Shown: positions 57,331 to 64,000 of the stretch, in pieces | Position numbering within the stretch: position 1 is the first letter of the stretch | Layout of the letters: each line of letters opens with the position of its first letter | The notes under the pieces: generated by a model | Seen by the model: only the letters and a program-made list of their open reading frames with translations | Databases searched by the model: none | Told to the model about the DNA's origin: nothing | Assembly: GCA_036380335.1 (NCBI GenBank) | Contig: DASVEX010000171.1 | Location: forward strand, 162-64,161 | Length of the DNA: 64,000 bases | DNA from: Propionibacteriaceae bacterium | Lineage (GTDB): Bacteria; Actinomycetota; Actinomycetes; Propionibacteriales; Propionibacteriaceae | Reading direction: 5' to 3' | Position numbers and translations under genes: made by a program

Positions 57331-59328
57331 GTGGCCGACATCGGCAAGCGACTGCTGTTGGGCCGTAAGCTCCGCAGCACGCAGCTTTCCGAGACACTGC
57401 TCCCGAAGCGCATCGCTCTGCCGGTCTTCGCGTCGGATGCTTTGTCCTCGGTCGCCTACGCACCCGATGAAATCTTCTTGACGTTGTCGCTCGCGGGGCT
57501 GGTGGCCTATTCCTACTCATGGAAGATCGCCATTCTGGTCGCCATCGTCATGCTGGTGGTCGTCGCGTCCTACCGGCAGAACGTGCATGCCTATCCCTCA
57601 GGCGGCGGCGACTACGAGGTGGCCACCGTGAACATAGGCTCTAATGCTGGCCTGACGGTTGCGTCGGCGCTCCTGGTGGACTATGTCCTGACGGTCGCAG
57701 TTTCGATATCCTCCGGGGTTCAGAACGCCAAGTCGGCATTTCCGATCATCGACGGGCATGAGCCATGGGTCGCTGCCACTGTTGCCGTGCTGCTCATGGC
57801 ACTCAACCTGCGGGGCGCACGAGAGTCCGGGACCTTGTTCTCCGTTCCGACCTACTGCTTCATGTTCGCCATCTTGAGCATGGTGATCTTCGGCCTGTTT
57901 CGGATCCTGGTCCTCGGCGACCAGATTCAAGTGGACAGCGCCCAGTACGGTATCGAGCCGGATCCGAGTTATGCCGCCTTTGCGGGCTTCGCGATGATCG
58001 CCTTGCTGGCCCGTACCTTCTCCTCTGGATGCGCTGCACTGACCGGCGTGGAGGCGATCTCCAACGGAGTTCCGGCATTTCGTAAGCCGAAGAGCAAGAA
58101 CGCCGCAACCACCTTGCTGCTGCTCGGCGTCATCGCGGTGTCCATGTTGATCGGTGTCGTCGTGCTGGCCAACCTGACAGGACTCAAGCTGATCGACCAG
58201 GGCTTGTCGCACTACACGCTCAACGGTCAGCGCGTGGAGGTCGTCGAGCAGACCGCCATCGGCCAGTTGTCCCAGGCGATCTTCGCCGACTTCAAGCCGG
58301 CGTTCTACTTCACTGTAGCCGCTACGATGCTGATCTTGTTCCTGGCTGCGAACACCGCTTTCAACGGTTTTCCGGTGCTGGGATCGATCTTGGCCCGGGA
58401 CGGCTTCCTGCCTCGCCAGTTGCACACCCGCGGCGACCGTTTGGCGTACAGCAACGGCATCGTCGTGCTGGCCTTCTTCGCCATCGTGTTGATCATCGCC
58501 TTCAAGGCTGATGTCACTGCCTTGATTCAGCTCTATGTCGTCGGCGTGTTCGTATCGTTCACGGTCAGCCAACTGGGCATGTTGCGACACTGGACGCGGC
58601 ACCTCAAAATCGAGGAGGATCCCGCGGTCCGGGGCCGCATGATCCGTTCCCGAGTGATCAATGCGATCGGTCTGACGATGACGGCGACGGTGCTCGTCAT
58701 CGTGCTGATCTCCAAGTTCACCAAGGGCGCCTATATCGCGATCATCGCGATGGCCGTGATCTTCGTGATGATGAAATTGATCAGGCGGCACTACGAGGCG
58801 GTAGCCCGGGAAACTGCCCTGGTCGAGGGTGAGGATCGGACGCTGCCCAGCCGGGTACGGGCCGTGGTATTGGTCAGCAAGCTCCACAAACCGACGCTGC
58901 GGGCGATCGCGTTTGCCAAGGCTGCCAGGCCGAGCACTCTGGAAGCGCTCACGGTCTCAGTGGACACCGATGAGACCGCGCGGCTGGTGAAAGTCTGGGA
59001 GGAGGCCGACACCGGAGTTCCGCTCAAGGTGATTGCCTCGCCGTACCGGGAGGTGACCAACCCGATCGTCGATTACGTCAGGAACCTGCGGCGAGAGAGC
59101 CCGCGGGATGTGGTGACGGTCTACATTCCGGAGTACGTGGTCGGCCATTGGTGGGAACAGATCCTGCATAACCAGAGCGCCCTGCGACTCAAGGGGCGGC
59201 TGCTCTTCACGCCTGGTGTGATGGTGACCTCGGTACCGTTCCACCTCGCGTCCTCGACCAAGGCCGAACAGCGTATCGAGCGCGAGACAGCTCAGGAGAA
59301 CGCCCGGCGTCAGCTGTACACGGGCTAG
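57331..59328 (+). CDS. APC superfamily permease with a long cytoplasmic C-terminal domain
   Basis: IALPVFASDALSSVAYAPDEI..., ~12 TM helices, ~200-aa soluble tail. GTG 57331 chosen (57322 and 57325 are also possible). Confidence 0.8.
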   Translation: MADIGKRLLLGRKLRSTQLSETLLPKRIALPVFASDALSSVAYAPDEIFLTLSLAGLVAYSYSWKIAILVAIVMLVVVASYRQNVHAYPSGGGDYEVATVNIGSNAGLTVASALLVDYVLTVAVSISSGVQNAKSAFPIIDGHEPWVAATVAVLLMALNLRGARESGTLFSVPTYCFMFAILSMVIFGLFRILVLGDQIQVDSAQYGIEPDPSYAAFAGFAMIALLARTFSSGCAALTGVEAISNGVPAFRKPKSKNAATTLLLLGVIAVSMLIGVVVLANLTGLKLIDQGLSHYTLNGQRVEVVEQTAIGQLSQAIFADFKPAFYFTVAATMLILFLAANTAFNGFPVLGSILARDGFLPRQLHTRGDRLAYSNGIVVLAFFAIVLIIAFKADVTALIQLYVVGVFVSFTVSQLGMLRHWTRHLKIEEDPAVRGRMIRSRVINAIGLTMTATVLVIVLISKFTKGAYIAIIAMAVIFVMMKLIRRHYEAVARETALVEGEDRTLPSRVRAVVLVSKLHKPTLRAIAFAKAARPSTLEALTVSVDTDETARLVKVWEEADTGVPLKVIASPYREVTNPIVDYVRNLRRESPRDVVTVYIPEYVVGHWWEQILHNQSALRLKGRLLFTPGVMVTSVPFHLASSTKAEQRIERETAQENARRQLYTG

Positions 59329-59377
59329 TCTCGTATCTTGACGTCAAGATAATTGAGCAATGGCTGAGGGAGGGCTC

Positions 59378-62182
59378 ATGAGTGTGAACAGCTTCGGTGC
59401 AAAGACAACCCTCCAGGTGGGTGAAGAGTCCTACGAAATCTTCCGGCTCGATGCCGTCGAAGGCTCGAACTCCCTTCCGTACAGTCTCAAGATTTTGCTA
59501 GAGAACCTGCTCCGTACCGAGGACGGCGCCAACATCACTGACGATGACATCCGGGCGCTCGCGGGCTGGGATCCGGACGCCGAACCCAGCAAGGAGATCC
59601 AGTTCACTCCCGCACGGGTGATCATGCAGGACTTCACCGGTGTACCCTGCATTGTCGATCTTGCGACGATGCGCGAGGCGATGGAGGAGATGGGCGGCGA
59701 TCCCGCCAAGATCAACCCGTTGGCCCCGGCCGAGTTGGTGATCGATCACTCGGTCATCGCCGACGTATTCGGGACCGCTGACGCCTTCGCCAGGAACGTG
59801 GAGATCGAATACGGGCGCAACCGCGAGCGCTATCAGTTTCTTCGTTGGGGACAGACCGCCTTCGACGACTTCAAAGTGGTCCCACCCGGCACCGGGATTG
59901 TGCACCAGGTCAACATCGAGCACCTCGCCCGGGTGATCTTCTCCCGCACGATCGAGACCGAAGGCAAGACCGAGGTATACGCCTATCCGGACACCTGCGT
60001 CGGCACCGATTCACATACCACCATGGTCAACGGGCTAGGCGTCGTCGGCTGGGGCGTCGGGGGGATCGAGGCCGAGGCGGCCATGCTCGGTCAGCCGGTC
60101 TCGATGCTCATTCCTCGCGTCGTTGGCTTCAAGCTCTCTGGTGCGCTGCGTGAAGGAGCGACCGCAACTGATCTTGTGCTGACGATCACCGAGATGCTGC
60201 GCCAGCACAAGGTGGTCGGCAAGTTCGTGGAGTTCTATGGGCCCGGCGTTTCCCATGTCCCCGTGGCCAATCGGGCAACGATCGGCAATATGAGTCCGGA
60301 GTACGGCTCGACGATCGCGGTCTTCCCGATCGACGGCAAGACTAGCGAATATCTCAGGCTGACTGGCCGGAGTGAACACCAGATTGCGCTGGTCGAGACG
60401 TACGCGAAGACGCAGGGCCTGTGGCATAGCGACGACCGCGAGCCCAGGTACTCCGAGAATCTGGAGCTCGACCTGACGAGCGTCGTTCCGAGCATTGCCG
60501 GGCCGAAGCGACCGCAAGATCGGGTACAGCTGGCCCATGCCAAGCAGGGGTTCCGGGAAGCCCTGCGCGACTTCGTCTCGGCCGAGGAACTGACTGGCTA
60601 TGACGAGTCGGTGGATGAGTCTTTCCCGGCTTCCGACGTGCCGAGTCGCGGAGACGGCACGCAATCCACGGCGCCACACGAGTACGGCGAAGACGTCCCG
60701 GCTGATATCGGCCGGCCGAGCAAGCGGGTGCCGGTCAGTTTGGCGGACGGGGGTGCGTTCGACCTCGACCATGGCGCAGTGGTGATCGCCGCGATCACCT
60801 CGTGTACTAACACCTCCAACCCCAGCGTGATGATCGGTGCCGCGCTGGTTGCCAAGAAGGCCGTCGAGCGTGGCTTGAATCGCAAACCCTGGGTCAAGAC
60901 CACACTTGCCCCTGGGTCGAAGGTCGTCAGCGACTACTACGACAGATCAGGTCTGACGCCGTACCTGGACAAACTGGGTTTCAATCTCGTCGGCTACGGG
61001 TGCACCACCTGCATCGGAAACTCTGGGCCGCTCATCCCTGAAGTCAGCACAGCAGTCCAGGAAAATGATCTTGCGGTGGTCTCGGTGCTCTCCGGCAACC
61101 GGAACTTCGAGGGCAGGATCAACCCGGACGTCAAGATGAACTACCTGGCCTCGCCGCCACTGGTGGTGGCGTACGCGCTGGCTGGCACCATGGACATCGA
61201 CCTGATGAACGACTCCCTCGGCACTGACGAGCAGGGCAATGACGTCAGACTTGCCGACCTCTGGCCGACAGAATCCGAGATCGACGAGATCGTCGCCTCG
61301 GCCATCGGCGCGGAGATGTTCACCGACTCCTATGCCGATGTCTTTGCAGGTGATCAGCAGTGGCAGTCGCTGCCGACACCGGAGGGGGAGATCTTCGACT
61401 GGGATCCTGACTCCACTTACGTCCGGAAGCCGCCTTACTTCGACGGCATGCCTGCCGAGCCTGCCGCCGTCGGCGACATCACCGGAGCACGGGTGTTGCT
61501 CAAGCTTGGCGACTCGATCACGACCGACCACATCTCTCCAGCTGGCTCGATCAAGCCGGACTCGCCTGCCGGGCGGTACCTCTCCGAGCACGGCGTGGAG
61601 CGCAGGGACTTCAACTCCTACGGATCCCGACGTGGCAATCACGAGGTAATGATCAGGGGAACCTTCGCCAACATCCGGCTCCGCAATCAACTGGCACCAG
61701 GGACCGAGGGCGGCTTCACCAAAGACTTCTCGGTGCCGGACGAGCCCGTCACGACCGTTTACGAGGCGTCGGAGCACTACCTCGCCGCAGGCACGCCGCT
61801 GGTTGTCCTCGCTGGCAAGGAGTACGGTTCAGGCTCCTCACGTGACTGGGCGGCAAAGGGCACTGCCTTGCTCGGGGTGAAGGCTGTGATTGCCGAGTCG
61901 TACGAACGGATTCACCGATCCAACCTGATCGGGATGGGCGTACTGCCGCTGCAGTTCCCCGAGGGTCAGAGTGCTGACTCGCTCGGTCTTACCGGTGAGG
62001 AGACCTTCGAGATTGTCGGGAGCGCCGAGCTGAACGAAGGCCGTACGCCGGAGACGGTCAAGGTCACGACCGGTGATGTGAGCTTTGACGCAGTGGTACG
62101 CATCGACACTCCAGGCGAGGCCGACTACTACCGCAACGGCGGAATCATGCAGTTCGTGTTGCGTACTCTGATCAAGAAGTAG
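59378..62182 (+). CDS. acn: Aconitate hydratase
   Basis: [43 protein letters not shown] Fe-S ligand blocks. GAGGGAGG RBS upstream of the ATG at 59378. Confidence 0.95.
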   Translation: MSVNSFGAKTTLQVGEESYEIFRLDAVEGSNSLPYSLKILLENLLRTEDGANITDDDIRALAGWDPDAEPSKEIQFTPARVIMQDFTGVPCIVDLATMREAMEEMGGDPAKINPLAPAELVIDHSVIADVFGTADAFARNVEIEYGRNRERYQFLRWGQTAFDDFKVVPPGTGIVHQVNIEHLARVIFSRTIETEGKTEVYAYPDTCVGTDSHTTMVNGLGVVGWGVGGIEAEAAMLGQPVSMLIPRVVGFKLSGALREGATATDLVLTITEMLRQHKVVGKFVEFYGPGVSHVPVANRATIGNMSPEYGSTIAVFPIDGKTSEYLRLTGRSEHQIALVETYAKTQGLWHSDDREPRYSENLELDLTSVVPSIAGPKRPQDRVQLAHAKQGFREALRDFVSAEELTGYDESVDESFPASDVPSRGDGTQSTAPHEYGEDVPADIGRPSKRVPVSLADGGAFDLDHGAVVIAAITSCTNTSNPSVMIGAALVAKKAVERGLNRKPWVKTTLAPGSKVVSDYYDRSGLTPYLDKLGFNLVGYGCTTCIGNSGPLIPEVSTAVQENDLAVVSVLSGNRNFEGRINPDVKMNYLASPPLVVAYALAGTMDIDLMNDSLGTDEQGNDVRLADLWPTESEIDEIVASAIGAEMFTDSYADVFAGDQQWQSLPTPEGEIFDWDPDSTYVRKPPYFDGMPAEPAAVGDITGARVLLKLGDSITTDHISPAGSIKPDSPAGRYLSEHGVERRDFNSYGSRRGNHEVMIRGTFANIRLRNQLAPGTEGGFTKDFSVPDEPVTTVYEASEHYLAAGTPLVVLAGKEYGSGSSRDWAAKGTALLGVKAVIAESYERIHRSNLIGMGVLPLQFPEGQSADSLGLTGEETFEIVGSAELNEGRTPETVKVTTGDVSFDAVVRIDTPGEADYYRNGGIMQFVLRTLIKK

Positions 62183-62186
62183 GGCG

Positions 62187-62996
62187 ATGCGGCGGCCGCT
62201 CGCGGTCATCGGGGTAGCTGTCCTGCTGGTCCTCACGGGTTGCTCGCTCGTCGATCAAGTGGCCGTACCGTCGGAGCCATTTGGTGATTTTGCGGTGGGT
62301 GAGTTCGGTGGCATCGACGGCCGCCAGAACATCGTGTATGTCCGCGCGGACGGCGTTGCACTGCTGGTTTCTCGCCAGCCGGCCTCCGGGCGGTTGAGCG
62401 GCCAAATGCTGAGCCGGCTTCGGACCCTGCTGACATCGGATCAGTTTCGGCAAGAAGTGGCAGCAGACGCGCAGCGAAAGCAGCGAGCGCCAGTGCCGGT
62501 CTGCGCCGACCAGATCACGATCGAGGTCACCATGGGCAGCTTGTCGATGAGCCGCAGCGATCCATGCCGCGAGAAATCCGAGCCGACTCCTGCGTTTGAC
62601 GAGATCACCGGCATCCTTGCTCCGGCGCTGCGGGGCAACTTCGACGGACCGGCCAACACAGCGCAGCCGCGCCTGTTTCCGATGTCGCTGCAGCGTATCC
62701 AGCTCCAAGATCGGCCGGCATATGTGATCAAGATCGACGCCGCCGGGCGGGCCAAGATCAGGATTTCTGGCCGTACGTCTGAGTGGCACTCGTTGTCGGT
62801 CCAGCAACGCGACACCGTCCGGTTGCTGGTGGCGCGAGTGATCGAAAAGCCTGTTTCCCCCTGTACGTCGCAGGCCTACTACCGGTTGCAGGTCGACAAG
62901 GAGCCGGCGGCCGAGGGACCTGATTGCGGATTTCCCGAGCGGCAGCTCGAGTTTCGTGCGCTGACCGCGCTGCTGGAGCAGGCCTTCGGCGTCTGA
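62187..62996 (+). CDS. Hypothetical lipoprotein
   Basis: Signal peptide with lipobox: MRRPLAVIGVAVLLVLTGC. I recognise no family. Confidence 0.6.
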   Translation: MRRPLAVIGVAVLLVLTGCSLVDQVAVPSEPFGDFAVGEFGGIDGRQNIVYVRADGVALLVSRQPASGRLSGQMLSRLRTLLTSDQFRQEVAADAQRKQRAPVPVCADQITIEVTMGSLSMSRSDPCREKSEPTPAFDEITGILAPALRGNFDGPANTAQPRLFPMSLQRIQLQDRPAYVIKIDAAGRAKIRISGRTSEWHSLSVQQRDTVRLLVARVIEKPVSPCTSQAYYRLQVDKEPAAEGPDCGFPERQLEFRALTALLEQAFGV

Positions 62997-63020
62997 GTGA
63001 CGCGACACTAACCTGGACAC

Positions 63021-63638
63021 GTGGGCCTATGGAACGATCATGCGCTGCCGCACCTGGTGGATCGGGCGCTGAGTACGCCTGAGGTGAATACCCGGCGCGC
63101 CAAGGTATGTCATGGTCTGCACGGCCGAGTCCTAGAGATCGGCTTCGGCAGCGGCCTCAATCTTCCGCACTACCCGGCCGAGGTAACCGAGATCTTGGTG
63201 GTGGAGCCTTCGGCCTCCGCGTTACGGCTGGCCGAACCGCGGAAGGCCGCCGTATCCGCGCCGGTCCAGCATGTTGGCCTGGACGGTGCCGGGCTCGATC
63301 TGCCCGATGACTCGGTGGATTGCGTGTTGTCCACTTACACCTTGTGCACGATCCCGGACGTGAATGCGGCACTTCTGGAAGTCCATCGTGTGCTCAAGCC
63401 TGCCGGCGCATTGCATTTCCTGGAGCACGGGAGAGCGCCGACTGAATCTGTACGAGGCTGGCAGCGCCGGCTACATCCTGTCCACAGCCGCATCGCCGGC
63501 GGTTGCCACTTGGACCGGCCGATCGACGATTTGATCACGCGCTCCGGACTGATCATCAGCGATCTGGAGACGGGCTACGGCGACGGACCGCGGCCCTTCA
63601 GCTACCTGTACCGGGGTCGGGCTCTGCGAGACGGGTAA
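63021..63638 (+). CDS. Class I SAM-dependent methyltransferase
   Basis: VLEIGFGSGLN motif I, LKPAGALHFLEH. GTG start. Confidence 0.8.
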   Translation: MGLWNDHALPHLVDRALSTPEVNTRRAKVCHGLHGRVLEIGFGSGLNLPHYPAEVTEILVVEPSASALRLAEPRKAAVSAPVQHVGLDGAGLDLPDDSVDCVLSTYTLCTIPDVNAALLEVHRVLKPAGALHFLEHGRAPTESVRGWQRRLHPVHSRIAGGCHLDRPIDDLITRSGLIISDLETGYGDGPRPFSYLYRGRALRDG

Positions 63639-64000
63639 GGTCAGCTTGATCGTGAGCAGCTTGCGTCAGCGCTTCCGAGATCAACTGGGCGTACTTCTCC
63701 ATCTCACCCAAGCCATAGCGGGTCCGCGGCCAGAAGAAACCCCGCAACCCATCACCTTTGGTTCTGGGCACCACGTGTACGTGGAGGTGCGGTATGGACT
63801 GGCTGACGACGTTGTTGATTGCCACAAAGGTCCCCTCCGCGCCCAATGCGTCGGGAATCGCAGTACCGATCCGCTGCGTCATGGTGAACAGCGGAATCAT
63901 GAGATCGCTCGGCAAGCTCAACAACGTATCGACGTGGCGCGTCGGCGCGACCAGGACATGACCCTTGAAGACCGGCCGGTGATCAAGAAAGGCGATTACC
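63598..64000 (-). CDS. HIT family protein (5' end beyond the right edge)
   Basis: The frame stays open to the window edge: ...VIAFLDHRPVFKGHVLVAPTRH...QSIPHLHVHVVPR (histidine triad). The 3' end overlaps the convergent methyltransferase by 41 nt. Confidence 0.8.
   Translation of the reverse strand, partial: VIAFLDHRPVFKGHVLVAPTRHVDTLLSLPSDLMIPLFTMTQRIGTAIPDALGAEGTFVAINNVVSQSIPHLHVHVVPRTKGDGLRGFFWPRTRYGLGEMEKYAQLISEALTQAAHDQADLTRLAEPDPGTGS

Overview
This window is a high-GC Actinomycetota chromosomal core segment with about 60 tightly packed genes. From left to right it holds: a possible lexA 5' end, a small SOS-boxed gene, nrdR-nrdJ and a decayed folD. Next come an HtrA-like protease, a PrsW/Mo-oxidoreductase pair, HMG-CoA lyase, a PAC2 protein, tesB and a group-2 sigma factor. 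These are followed by an oligopeptidase B-like S9 peptidase, the principal sigma factor (rpoD/hrdB) and a topoisomerase-IV-like B/A pair split by cupin/TetR/carbonic anhydrase genes. The middle holds glpK-glpX-glpD, a Pat-type GNAT/acyl-CoA-synthetase protein, tdk, sepH and an AAA+/VWA pair. The right part holds the dTDP-rhamnose genes, hemH, the conserved actinobacterial dut/DUF/trkA/APC block, aconitase and a partial HIT gene. I found no rRNA, tRNA, CRISPR array, transposase, integrase, phage gene or recognisable defence system. Gene order matches the lexA...nrdRJ...hrdB...topoIV region as I recall it from Streptomyces and Mycobacterium, so this looks like an ordinary housekeeping region rather than an accessory island. 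The features most worth a second look are non-coding or small. (1) Three SOS-type boxes flank a small proline-repeat membrane protein that may be an SOS-induced division inhibitor. (2) A phased array of DnaA-box-like CACA motifs lies upstream of nrdR. (3) A structured 30-bp inverted-repeat plus 61-bp direct-repeat element lies upstream of the OB-fold gene. (4) An orphan plus-strand intrinsic terminator sits in the leader of the group-2 sigma gene. (5) folD is a pseudogene with an internal deletion and two frameshifts. All product calls rest on my recognition of motifs in the supplied translations; no database search was run. Many start codons were re-picked by me and are approximate.
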